Shown here: positions 23,967 to 36,820 of the stretch, piece after piece
How positions within the stretch are numbered: position 1 is the stretch's first letter
Layout of the letters: each line of letters begins with the position of its first letter
From: Calcarisporiella thermophila CBS 279.70
Lineage: Eukaryota > Fungi > Calcarisporiellomycota
DNA length: 64,000 nucleotides
Assembly (NCBI RefSeq): GCF_041956535.1
Contig: NW_027192196.1
Span: 602,759-666,758 of the forward strand
Reading direction: 5' to 3'
Notes under the pieces: generated by a model
What the model was told of the DNA's origin: nothing
Databases searched by the model: none
The model's input: the letters and a program-made list of their open reading frames with translations, nothing else
Made by a program: the position numbers and the translations under genes

Positions 23967-25602
23967 CAACATGCTCTCTGAATTCATACTACTTCTTTTT
24001 TCTGACACCTTGTTTATTTTATCTCTCTGCGCTTATATTGGTTGGTGGGGGAGGGGGAGCGGGGGAGAGGACGAAGATAAAGTTGCAAGAAACTATGTTA
24101 AAACTTTTTTCCCATTGTTTGTTTTGCGCTTCAGCTTCGGTACTCTATTTTGTTTTACGTGTATAGAATTTTGGACTTCTTTTTTTTCAAGTGCTAGTGC
24201 TGAAGAGGGGTGACACCATGCCCCAGCGCAAATAAGGAAGGTTGGCTCATGCGCCAGCAAGGAGAGAAATAAGGGTGGGAAGATGTCGAAAAATGCAGAC
24301 TGTGACATTTGGTTTGACTTTCCTGGAGGGAGGAGAGGGAGCCTGCCCAAAGGGGAAGAAAGTGGACGGCTCGGAAGAATCGAAAAGCCAGAGCACAACG
24401 ACGGTTCGAGATAGAAAGCGTGGTTGTGCCCAAGCCCAAGCAAAAGCCGAGCAAGCTTGGTGACACTTGCGCGTCTTGTGTAAGTTGGCCGAGCTACGGG
24501 GACGTGGGAGGGTGCGCTGCCGAGCACGCATCAGCAAATGACGCAAAGGTTAGCCTGTTCTGTTGTCATCCGGCGCCGCTAATGGGGCCACTTCCCATGC
24601 CCGATAAGCTCAGGCCATTAGGACTTATAAGTCATTTTGCACATGAGCCCGGTCCGCCATGGCCATCGTGAAGAGGCCACCTCATCTACCCTCGCCAAGT
24701 CGCGAGCCTCCCCCCTAGACCTCCGGCCCAGCCGCACGCCCGTGGAGGCGGCGAGGTGGAGGAGGGGTCGGCCGGGCAGGACGGCTCATCCTGGGGCTGG
24801 GAAGCGCACACTTCCATCGGAAGGCATCGTGGCACTTTCATTTGGACCCAAATGGTGCCCCACCGTTTCGCGTGCCAGAAGAAAGTCACAGCCACGCGTC
24901 GTCGATAATGCCATTTCCAACCGCTCCCGGCAGCAATATAACCATTTCCTAGCGGGGAAAGTGTGAAACGGAACAAACGGTCAAGAAACTCTGTCGCAGC
25001 AAACTTAGATTGCGGAAATAAGAGACAGCAAAAGATGGCTTTATTGTAACTCTAATCCAGATCCATAAGTCCATATTGGGCGGCGGGCCAATCCGCGCGC
25101 GCGCGCCAGATTGGGCCATACAACAACAACTAACAAACCCTAATCTAAATTTGATCCTTTTTCATAATTCACGTTTTCAGACAGAGCGGGAGAGGGAGGC
25201 CGGCTCCTAATGGTTCTCTGCTCGTTGACGCGCGCGCCGCTACCTTTTTGATCTGTCTTTCCGGTTTTATATAACTTGTCGCCCTCCGTTTTTTTTTCCC
25301 CTAGTGTTCATTTTCATATTCTCTGCTCCTCCTCCCCCTCCACCCGCGCCGCCCGGCCTCGCTTATAAAAAAACTACTCCCCCCCTCCTCGCCATTCCCC
25401 AGCTTCTCGCGCCGCTCTCCTCTATTTATTCTATCTATCTTTATCTTTATCCTTATCTTTATTATTATTATTTATTATGCAGTTTGCTCCTTCTGAGCCT
25501 GGGTACGTCGCGCCTCCTCTGCTCCCTGTCGCAAGCGATCACTAACCTCTTGTATGTTTGCCTTCCTCTCTCCCCCCTGCCGCTCCGCTTAGCTTGGGCA
25601 TC

Positions 25603-27289
25603 ATGTCACTCTCATCGGCCCAGCATTTCTCCACTCATTCTCAGGCCCACTTTGGGCAGTATGGCTATCCCCACTCCCGACTTGACGAGTTGAGTTGCTT
25701 TTGGTCATCATGTTTGCTAATCCAATGTCGACTGACCGCTCCTATTTGCAATGATTAGTCATTACGTGAATGATCCTGGGAAGGGGCAGAACATCGTCGA
25801 CAGCTCTCTCCTGAACCATCCCTTCACGTCCTCGGGCTATAGCCTCCCCCCCTTGGGTATAGCCTCGCCCCCTGGAGGTCTCGCCAGCCCCGTCACCCCG
25901 CTCACGGCAAGCCCAACTGATTTCCACCAGACACGCACATTCTTCAGCGAGTCCCCCACGCTGAACGGCCGCGACCTGGAGCCGGACGCATCGAGGGAAT
26001 CGAACGAAGGCATCTCTTTGGCCAGCAGGTAAGCTTCTCGTTAAAACCGACCATGGATCGCGGTCGTCTAATCCTCACGCCCCCAGCAGTCACATCCCCA
26101 GCACCCTCCGCTACATCGCCCGCCTCGATGCAAGAACCGCCATCTCCACCCGGCCAGACGAGGCGACGATGACCTACCTGAACAAGAGCCAAAACTACAC
26201 CCTCTTCCTCCAGAGCTCGGACTATGCCGGCGACGTCACCTGCACGGTCCGCCTCATGTTCCACGAGCCTCGTGATCAGGCCAAGCAGAGTACCCTCTGG
26301 CGCATGTGGCTTAAACTGCATCATTCGACCTCGCGTGTGATCGAGGCGGAGACGGCTTCGGCGGTCAACGCTTACAACTTCGAGCAGCTGGGCTTCGACC
26401 GCGTGCGCTTCCAGTGGAACGCCGCGCAGGGGGCCCACGTGCAGCTGCGCTTCAACTGCCTCTCCACCGACTTCTCCATGATCAAGGGGGTCAAGGGCAT
26501 CCCCCTGCGCCTCCACGTGTCGAACCGCGTGGAGGGAGTTCCGCACACGTCCGAGGCGTGCTACTGCCGCGTGAAGCTCTTCCGGGATAAGGGCGCATGC
26601 CGCAAGCACAAGGACGATCTTGCGCAGATCAAGAAGCAGATGAAGAAAATGAAGGAGGCCGATGCCCCCATGCCCACCACCTACTTGGGCTCGCAGCACA
26701 CTTTGTTGGTTGGGTACACGCCCGACGAGTTGGCCGACGTGATGGACGACGAGTACGGCCTAGACATTTCCGAGATGGCGCAAGAGGTCGCGGAAGAGGA
26801 TGGAGAGGGTGACTTTGAGCCGGTGCCCTCGCTGGTTCGGCGCCGCAAGTTCTCGGCCCTGGAGGCGGAACCGCTGGACTACGACCCCACCTACGTCCCG
26901 GTGAAGAAGCGCAAGAAAGGTTTGTCATCTGTTGCCGCGGTTTTTCTGCTTTGCTGAACACGAAAAATAACGTTGCGCCTCTTGGCGTTTCCAATGGTCT
27001 AGTGTTGTGTCTGTTTGTCAAGCGCCCCAAGGAAGTACAGTATCGGGCCATCTATCTGCACCAAATTAGCCTGGAGGACTTGATTGCCAAAATTGCCGAA
27101 AAATTCGAGTTCGATGCATTTCTGGTCGGGCAAGTGATGCGCTACACGAGCCAGGGCTTGACAGTGCGTGTCGACAAAGGCACTATCGAGCAACTCAACG
27201 ACGAAACGCCCATCACCATCGAGTTATTGCGTCCCGCGGGGGTCCCCAGCTTCAGCTCGAGAAGTTGCACGCTGGCTATGCACTTCTAA
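25603..27289 (+). CDS. Grainyhead/CP2 family transcription factor
   Basis: MTYLNKSQNY, RFNCLSTDFS..KGVKGIPLRL, CRVKLFRDKGA.RK.KDD, plus a C-terminal YRAIYL dimerisation domain. 3 introns. Confidence 0.93.
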
Positions 27290-28020
27290 ACTCATGAGGG
27301 TTTCAGTAAATGTATATCGTCGACTCATCCTTGGACTCGTTCTCTCACTCTCTCTCACACTCTCTCCCCCCACCCACCGCTCTCTCCTTGTCCTCAATGG
27401 TGCATTCATGAGCTCCAAGCCACTCTCTTCGGTGAAGGAGTAGTTTTTTTTTCGAGATCCTCGTTATCTCAAGTTGCATTTATCCTTTCAACTGAAAATC
27501 AATCACTGAAAAATGCATTCTTTTTATTATGTTAAGTGTGCCTTATAATTTTCTTTTTCCCTCCCTTTTTTAATTTGTGTAGATACCGTGAGAGAACAAT
27601 ACGTGCTCTCGTTTTTATTTGATTTTTTATTTTTTATTTTCCTCTATATATTTCAAAGTGGCGAGTGAGTGCTCATTGTAAACTAGTCAAATTCTCACTT
27701 GATGATTGTTTTCCTTTTTTTTTTTCAACCCAGACGGCAGATGTCTTTATTTTTTTTTCCATTTCATTAACACTCTCAATACGTCTTCTGTGTTCAGTCA
27801 GTTCCAGTTCCAGTTCCATTCAGGTAGAATAAAATTTCAGTTTGTTCGCGAACAAAAGCGATCTTGGGTAGAGTTCGTGACTGCTCTCCGGGGAAACCAA
27901 ATCACATGTGTGCGGTCCGCAATAAGTATCACAAGCGTTCTAAATTTTTGCGTGGAGATCTTCTCAGTCTATTCACTAGCAATTCGTCCTCGGACCTATC
28001 AAGAATTATATCTATCGGAA

Positions 28021-28793
28021 ATGGCTCGTAATCTCATCAGGAAACGACGCGAACGCCCGCTGAATGCCACCATTCTCTTCCCGGAGCTGCAGCGGGAGCT
28101 GGAAAAGAACCCTCGGCTCTGTGGCAATCTGAAAGGCTACTTCATAGTTACGGTGAAAAAGAAGGGCGAACCCAAGGCTGAATGGTATGATTCCCTCCCT
28201 ATTTTTTTGTCCGCCTGATCTCGGCAGCTTCCTCTAGCATGAATATTGCATGCTCAGCGAGTGCATCTTAATGGCCGGTCGTTGCTAGAGATACTCGTCT
28301 ATTATTGTCTTGTATCCAACAGTGCTAACATGTCTTGATTTTATTTTTATATTTTTCATCTCAAATCATATCGTCCAATGTGTCTAGGTATCTGCTCTTC
28401 CAAGGTAATTCATCTCGTTCTCTTCCGCTCTCAATCAGTGTTTATTGGCTAAGCCCTATTTCTATGCGCTATCGCTCCATTTTAGGTCAAGAGAAGCCCC
28501 CCGTGATATCCTCGCAGCGCCCCGCGATTCCACAGCAGATTCCTCCAGACGCCGAGCGGCAGAACGCGGACTCCTTACCGGTGGTGTTGATCGAAATCGA
28601 GGACTCTGATCTGCTCAATTTCATCACCGGTGGGCTGACAGGTTGGGGGGCGATCGTGTCGGGGAAAGCGAAAATTGCTGGCGATTTGATGCTGGCCCAG
28701 AAAATGGAGGAGGTGTTTAAGAAGGCGGGTGGGGTGGAGAAAGTGCTCGGCTTCTTGAAGGCGAACAAGATACAGGCGCCTTCTAAACTGTGA
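28021..28793 (+). CDS. Peroxisomal SCP2 sterol/lipid-binding domain protein
   Basis: IEIEDSDLLNFITG, AIVSGKAKIAGDLMLAQKM, C-terminal PTS1 SKL. 17-nt micro-exon at 28388-28404. Confidence 0.85.
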
Positions 28794-29146
28794 CCGGTTC
28801 TATCTAGAGTGCCTCTCGGACCCTGTTTTTGTGTCTGTTCTATACTGTTGTGCTGTTAGTTGTATCGAGACCCGTCTTTGCACTAGAATACATATCTTTG
28901 CTTTTCTCGCTCTCTTTATGGCCAACAAGGGAGATCTTTATCTTTATAAAAAAAAAATCATACAAGGGAGAGAAAATCCATCGTTTCATCCAACAGAAAA
29001 TAATAAAATTCAATAAAAGCAAACAAAGAAAAGGAGGAGGATGACAAAAGAAAGAAGAAAGAAAGAGAGAGAGAGGAAGAGAAAGAAGAGGGATAAAGAA
29101 AAATGAAAAGCAGCTGTGATTTATTTATTTCTGGTGGTCGAAAAGT

Positions 29147-30055
29147 TTATTCAACCTTTTCTCCTCCGACCTCGTTCTCCTTCAAGAGGGAGTCGATTTC
29201 CCCGGCGGTGAAGATGTGGTGATGAATCTTGCCCTCCACCAGACGAATGGTTGCAAACTCCAGCTTCTCGTTGTTAAGCGATGTGCTGTCCATCGTCTTG
29301 CTCAGCACTTTAACGGCCAAGGAGCAGGCCTCCTGCAGTGTCATATCGTCCTTATAGTCCTGCTTGAGGATGCTTTGTGCACTTGCGTTGTTGGCGCCAA
29401 TGCATGTTGCTTTCCAGCCGCCATAGTTGCCTGACGGATCCGAGTGGTAGAGCTGGAAGCCGTATTGAGTGTCCCAGCCGGCATAGATAAATGAAACACC
29501 GAAGGGACGCAGACCACCGTATTGTGTATAGCCCTGCTTGACATCGCACAGCCGCTGTACCAGCTGCTCGCAAGGGATCTCCTCATTATAGGTGTAGAGA
29601 TATCGCTGTGCATGAACACGGGCTTGAGCAATAAGGATGTTGGCATCCGCAGTAATACCCGCCACTCCGCAAATCATATTGCTAAATTAAAACATAGATG
29701 GGAAGGGACTTTAGTTGTTTTTAGAGGTCTTTGGTGAGGAAGTGCAGATAACCCACTCATTCAGCACGTAGATCTTCTCACTCGTGATCGATTGCTCTAA
29801 CAGCTTCCCGGTTACTTTCTTTTCTGCCGCCAAGGCAATGCCATCCTTGGCGAGGATTCCAAGGACAGTGCCGGCATGTGAAATCGCCTCCATAGCATAT
29901 TCGACCTGATAGAGCCGACCTGGATCGAGAGAATAGAAAGAGAAGATTCATAAGATCAAGGGGACACTATCTACCTATTATAATCCGGTGTCAAGAAAGC
30001 AATCCTAACCTTCGGGTGAGAAGATGGTTGTGCGGGCATCATATCTCCGAGCCAT
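29147..30055 (-). CDS. PRE9: 20S proteasome subunit alpha-3
   Basis: [16 protein letters not shown]|[16 protein letters not shown]; [13 protein letters not shown]; [12 protein letters not shown]. Confidence 0.97.
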
Positions 30056-30602
30056 TTTGTGAATTAAATTGGATCAGCTATGAAAATTGCAGTTAAACAA
30101 GCGAAGACGCGAAACAAGGGAGACGACAAAAAGGTCAAGTAGTCGAGTTTGCGTCATAAAACAAAGATGACGCGTACATGGATTTCAAAAATTACGGCCG
30201 AAGGGACTGCTTTGGTCCCCAAGAAATTCTCTCGAAATGGAGGCCCTCGCTTCGCTGTAAATTTGGCTCAAGGCCACAGCCGAAATTCCGCCTGAAACGA
30301 TGGAAGTATTGAGGGAGGGAGCAAATATAGCATCATTTCAATTATGACACTAATGCCCTCTTTGAAAGCAGAAGTCTAGTGTAATCCTACATCAAGAGAA
30401 TAGTCTTGGCCTGCTCAGCTGAAAGCCATCCTTATCCATTCTCAATACTGTAACAGAGCCGATTTTTTTGATATAAGACGACTTAATGATCTCTATACAA
30501 CGCACTCCAGCCACAATTCAACTACTAATCAAGCAAATGCAAAAGCAGTCATAGCGATATCTCTTTCTAGTAATTTATTTGCAAACCAAAAAGTTATCAG
30601 CT

Positions 30603-31357
30603 ATGGGCGCAAGTGCATCCAAGCACGCGGCTCGTCAATTCCCGCGCGGGCCAAAACCAGAACCACTTCAGCGCGTGCGAGAAAATCCTGCCACGCCTTC
30701 TCCACAAGAGTCACATAGAGCAACGTTAGATTCAAGAGTGAGCGAGAAAGCCCTTGCACAAGGTACGATACTTTTGACTGCGTAGCCTACTCGTCGTTGA
30801 AATGAGGCTGGCCCTCTAGTTTGTAATTCTAATTGGTTCTATGCAATATGTAATGTTATATGTAGAGACGAAAGACGAAAGCATTCAGCAGGAAAATGTG
30901 GATCCTCAATTTCTAGAAAATCTCGCCAAAATTGGTCAAGTTCAGGTACATAATCCAACCATCAGTAGGGCGCAGGTTTGTTATCTTTATTTCGCAGCAC
31001 CTCTTACGATAGATCGTACCTCTCATAATGGTGAGCGCTTTTTTTTGTATTTAGTCATCTAAACTCTTGAACATTGTGCGCAACCGCCAAAAGAGAGAGG
31101 AGGAATCGGCAGAGCAGCGGGACAGGCTCACTGTCTCGGCTCTCCGTCAACTGCTCGAGCAGCGATCCCTCGGCGTGGAAAAGTTGGCGAGTGCATATAA
31201 CCTCGAGAAAGACACAGTAAAAAATCTCCTTGAGAGATTAAATACATACCCGGCCCCACAGGAGGATTTGGATGAGCCTGAACTAGCTGTCTGGATAGAG
31301 GATCACGAGGCATTTCGTCGAGAACGGCAAAAGAAAACTTCATCGAACATTTCATAA
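30603..31357 (+). CDS. NDUFAF4-like (complex I assembly factor-like) protein
   Basis: 3 exons. MGASAS N-myristoylation-type start; DPQFLENL; RLTVSALRQLL...VEKLASAYNLEKDTVKNLL resembles the NDUFAF4 C-terminal KISIVEALTLL...AEKIMQEYQLEQKDVNSLL (recalled). Confidence 0.6.
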
Positions 31358-31473
31358 TAAAGGACATTGGTATCTTAACTCCATTCTGACCATTTGAGAT
31401 TTCGCAGTCACGCGCTTCTTGAAGTTGGTGTTCAAGCGCTATTAGCTCTTCGAATATATAGGACACTCTAACA

Positions 31474-34400
31474 ATGCTTGCGCGATCTGAGAATTCCTTT
31501 TTTCGAAAAACACGAAATGCAATAGTAAAACATGTTAGAGAGAGTAGGTGTAGCAGTAGATATATCCTCGTTTGGAGTCTTTAATTGACGATGGTCATTA
31601 GGATATATTCGAGATGACATTCCTTGTTTGTCAAAATGTTGCCCCGAGTTGCCACCCTGCTATAAGAGATTGCCGACCGAATCCGGGGTGCTCTCACCCG
31701 ATGCCATTCATTATATCATTCCGGATATCTCGGTTGGTTATATGTTTGAAATGAAAATTGAAAACGCGACCATTCATCCAACTTCTCCATTATACTTCAC
31801 ATCCCTGCACACAATCAGGTTGCCGGTCGGTATTCGGAGATTCTCGAGTACGAAGAATTAAAAAATATAATTATCACCCAAACAGTTATTGAGAGGGTAG
31901 CCCAATGTCCTCTATTTCCTCTATGGGTATATGACTGATTCCTTTGCTTCTCTTCCAGCTTCTACAATATGATAAACATCGTACGTGTCGCCGGCTGCGG
32001 CAATTAGTCTCAGAACCTCAGAAGCACACTGTCCTCTTCTCCAATGAAAATTTTGCCCACACCCATATCGAGCGGTTTCCAGGTGAGGAGATAAAGAACC
32101 GAGATTGGAGAGGTGAGGTTTGGGCAACCTAGTTTTTTTTTTCAATGGTGACTGTAACTATAATTGCACCCTTTCTCTCCATTAGCTATCTGTAAAGTGG
32201 CTAGCTGGTATCGACTCCATTTAAGGAACCAGATCCCAATTATTATTCTTTCAGAACAGGTATTGCATATTTCACTTTTCTACAAGTAAGCGGATATGAA
32301 TCTATAAAGAAAATTTTTAACGCAGTTTCAACAAGCGGATCTAACATTGGTGGGAGAAACGCCGGGCATACATGTCTACTCTTTGCCCGATTATCTTTCC
32401 GAGTTTTGGCCGCAACATTCTACCCTGCATAACTTGATGGATTCACTCAAGGATGCCATATTCGAGGAGGATTTAGGTGTGATTAAGATTGGTGGAAAGG
32501 CAAATGAAAAGGGCGCTGCAACTGACTTTGAAGAGGTACCTATTTTTGGTTGCATCCTAATTTTGAGGATCCTACTAATACAATATCACGGGGAGATAGT
32601 ACAAAACCACGGAAGAACTCGAGTCGGGCATCAAGTCCGGGAGATACCACCAGGGAATCCTTCGTGTCAACTCTAATCACCGTGATGAGGCACTAGTTAA
32701 CTGCGGGTCCCGCTTAGGCTCAGACATCATCATTATTGGGAATCAAAACCGCAATCGAGCCGGTAATTGTGCTGCCTCCGATTGCGCTGGCAAAATGTTA
32801 CACTAACAAAGAACTTGGACATAGTGCACGGTGATTTGGTGGTGGTGGAGCTACTTTCCGAGCGTTTAAAAGCGACGGGGGTTACTCAAATCTCATATGA
32901 GATGCATTCAGCTCAAGGAGTGGACGGTAGGAGTTCTCATTTTGACTATATGTGTTAAATACTCGAAAATCCTCACTACCCGGGTATCGCTGTGTAAAGA
33001 TTCCGAGGAAGCCATCTCTTGGGATTCAACAGAATCTCTTCCTACAGGAAGAGTTGTTGGCATATTGTCTCGTAACTGGCGCGCCTACGTTGCCACCATA
33101 CAAGAGGATGACATCGAGCAGGGCGGCTCATTTCATCTCGCTGTTCCACTGTAAGTGATTTGGTTTCTTTGCTTATGCTGTTTGAGTGAATTCAGTCCTA
33201 TTTTTTGTCAGTTTATCCATCATCCCGAAAGTTCGAATCAGACATCGCAATGTCAATTCCATAGTCGGCCAACGCATTGTTGTTCGAATTGATAGCTGGT
33301 CAGTACCTCTTCGATATAATTTAGTCTGTTTAAAACGGCATCATTCATCCTACATGCATAAGTGTTTAGGCCTGCTAATTCCCAGTATCCAAATGGTCAT
33401 TATGTTCGAAGTCTTGGGCCCATCCATCAACTTGATACCGAAATCCAAGCTATCCTTGTTGAACACGAAATTGGAGTGTCGCAGGCTATTTCTGGCTTTT
33501 CAGAGGCTTCATTGCGGGAGATGCCGGTGGACACGGAGGAAACGCCATGGCTACCTGATCAGGTAAGTTCTTCTCTCTTCGCTAGCTATTTAGCTCATAG
33601 TAAACGATTCACCCAATCTACTTTGATTGAAGGATGAGGTCGAGAGAAGGAGAGACTTAAGATCCACACATCTGATTTTTAGGTGAGTTCTTGTTGATTC
33701 ACTACGCTGGTACTTGAGCCATTAAATCTATTTCTTTCAAACCAGCATTGATCCGCCGAACTGTCAGGATATCGATGGTGGGATGACTGCTTCAGCTAAT
33801 CGTGGTTGGATGTATAACCGGCTGGCTCACTTCACTATTTTTAGATGCCCTTTCTATACGAGAGCTCGAGGGTGGTGTAATAGAACTCGGGGTGCATATT
33901 GCTGATGTGAGCTTTTTTGTTCATGAGAATAGCAATACGGATCTAGAAGCCCGGTCCAGGTAGATTTAATTTAAAATTTTATTGAGCTGAGAAAATAACT
34001 CTTATTCCCAAGGGGTACTACGGTTTATTTGGCGGATCGACGCTTTGATATGCTTCCGTCCGTGCTGAGTGAGCGAGTATGTTCTCTGCGAGGAAACCGA
34101 GACCGATATGCAGGTATCTGCTCAAAATTAGATATGTAAACGATTTTTTCTTTGGTTGAAGCTGGAGATATTTTTAGTGTCGGTAATATGGAACATGGAC
34201 CAGGAAGGGCGAATTTTGGAAACTTGGTTCGGTCGAACTGTGATCAGATCAGCCAGAGAGATGGAATACAGGGAAGCACAGCTGCTCCTTGACGATAAAG
34301 ATGTGGATGGGATTGGTGGGTGATGAACTTCTATTAGGATGTATTTCTGGCTCTAATCGCTAAACTCAATTGTATGTCTTGCGTGAAGCTCCTGATCTAG

Positions 34401-36230
34401 CACAAAGGCTGCGAAAAAGTATTAAACAACTCTCAAATATTCTAACCAAAATACGGGTGAGTTTAGACGAGCTTTCAGTTTCGTCATCCATTCTTTTACC
34501 TCATTTTATTTCCTCCTCCTCCTCCTCCTCCTCCTCCTCTCCCCTTTTTTTAACAGAAACGAAGGTTTGAAAAGGGCGCCCTTGAACTTGAGAGCACCGA
34601 AGTCGAATTCAAGTTTACTACCGAACACGGGATTGCCGACATCAATATCCTTTAACTTCATTTGCACTATATTAGATTTCTTACGCTTTTGTTTGTACAG
34701 TAATGATATTGATCCCTAACGAGCTTCTTCATTCCACCTCCCAAGCAGCCCCTCCTTGTGCATAAGTTGGTCGAAGAGGCGATGGTTCTTGCAAATGCCT
34801 CTGTCGCCTACCGCATTTACAGCGGCTTACATGATTCCGCCCTATTAAGAAGACACCCTCCTCCTATCCGCTCCCATTTTCGAAGATTAGAGCTCGCTGC
34901 TCAGAGCAGGGTAGTTTGCTCGATTAACCTGAGAAAACAAAAAAGCCGCTAATTTCCTTTTCACTCCTTAGGGTATTGAATTTGACGTTAGTTCGAACAA
35001 AGCGCTTGCCGAGTCTCTCGCAAGATGTGCAGTATCCAGTGCTGGAGACAAAGAATTTGTATGGCTGCTTAAGTCGATGGCCACTATGGCCATGTCCGAG
35101 GCAGGGTATATCTCGTCAGGTGCCTACGGGGTGGAGGAATATAGACATTACGGATTGGCATTAGATTTTTATACTCATTTCACCGTTAGTTGCCTATTCG
35201 GTATTCGATGTAGAGTATGGTTTTGATCTTTTATTTTCTCTTTTTATTTGGCATATAGTCACCCATTCGAAGATATGCAGACTTGGTCGTCCACCGGCAG
35301 TTGTTGGACTGCGAAAGGCAAGGAAACTCTGATACTAACACCTTAGGTCAGAGGCATCAGAGCGCGCGGCTAAATGAGCTATGCAACCATCTGAATCGAA
35401 AGACAAGAGAGTCGAAATTCGCTCAAAAGGTGAGGAGCTTAATTATTTTATTTTAAAAAATGATAGACACTACATCCTATTTTTTCAACCTTTAGGATTC
35501 CACCGAGCTTTTCCAGGCTCTGTATGTTCTCCAACAGGTAAGTGACATCAAGCCAAAAGTATATCGTCGAACTTGTCCTGAAACTACCTTGTAATCAGTC
35601 CAAGATCGGCCCTGTGGTGGAGAGCGGGATCATCTCGGAGATCCGCGAGAATGGCTTCTTGGTATATGTGCCACGGTTTGGAATTAAAGGGCCCGTATAC
35701 ATCAAGGACAAGGATGGGAACGTGATTGTCCCACAGTCAATTATATCGGGCAAGCTAGAGGATGGTAAATATCTATATTTCTCAAACGCGTCCGTAAATC
35801 TTCGACCTCTAATCTTTCATTCGAAGAATCCACATTCCTCGAAGACCTCCAAGTAGCCCATTCCCCAAATGCCATCCAGTTGCATATAGGTGGACGTGTC
35901 GTGCAGCTACGCCTCTTTGACCATGTTCGGCTTTCTCTAAAGCTGCACCTATCTCACGCCCACCGTCACACTGTGTACATGGTTCTACTGGGGATTGAGG
36001 AGCGCAAAATTACACGACAGCATCAGCAAGAGATTAAGGAGATAAAGGGGAAATTGACAGAGAGGGAGATGAGGGAAACGATTATCGGCGGTGAGAAGGG
36101 GGATATTAACTTGGACCATGCAAGATCAGTTGAGAAATTGGAAGAATCTCGCGAAAAAGACAATATGTACGAGATATTGGAACGATTCGGGCAGATGTCG
36201 ATCGTAGAAGTCGACGAGGCTGTGAAATAA
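31474..36230 (+). CDS. DIS3L: DIS3-like exoribonuclease 1 type (degenerate PIN, CSDs, RNB, S1); about 23 introns
   Basis: [38 protein letters not shown], catalytic [64 protein letters not shown]. Confidence 0.85.
34511..34539. repeat. (TCC)n microsatellite in a DIS3L intron
   Basis: About 9 tandem TCC units. Confidence 0.9.
34645..34737 (+). other. U12-type (minor spliceosome) AT-AC intron
   Basis: 5' site ATATCCTTT, branch site TCCCTAAC (34713-34720), 3' end CAC. Removal restores GIADI-T-PKQPL; read-through hits an in-frame TAA. Confidence 0.9.
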
Positions 36231-36820
36231 CACCCATTTTTCCTGTATGGCTAATAAAAGAAATAGAGATCCCGTCAGTCTAATTACACAATATGTATAA
36301 TGTTATAATCAGGCAGCTTCAATTTGTAGAGACAAATCGAGCGTAGCTTTGTGTCATATTCGCCTTCTGTCTCTTCATTCGGGATTTATATATTTGGCTC
36401 CATCAGATCTCTGTTCTATCCTTGCTCTCATTGAAAAGAATTGATCTCTTCTATCAAAAGGGTTAATTCAAACCACAATTGATTGGAAGAAATCAATTTC
36501 AAGAAAAATGGTGTTGTGTAAGCGATCATCTTTTGGAGTGTGATGGAAAACAGACCCGAGAAGCAAGGAAGATATCGAAGGTAATTGATTAATCAAAAAA
36601 TATACTCTACCTTTGTCTTTAACTCTTAGTAAAAAAAAAACACGTAAATTAGAGGGAATAAGTTGGATTTTAACTGCTAAATAATTCAAAGCCAACCGTT
36701 GCGCACGGTTTTCCATCGATATTCCATTTTCTATTTCTTCACCTCGCCCCTATTTTCTTGTCCCTTTATACCACGCATTTAATTGTCGCAGAGACCAATC
36801 TAATCAAAGAATAGATCATA

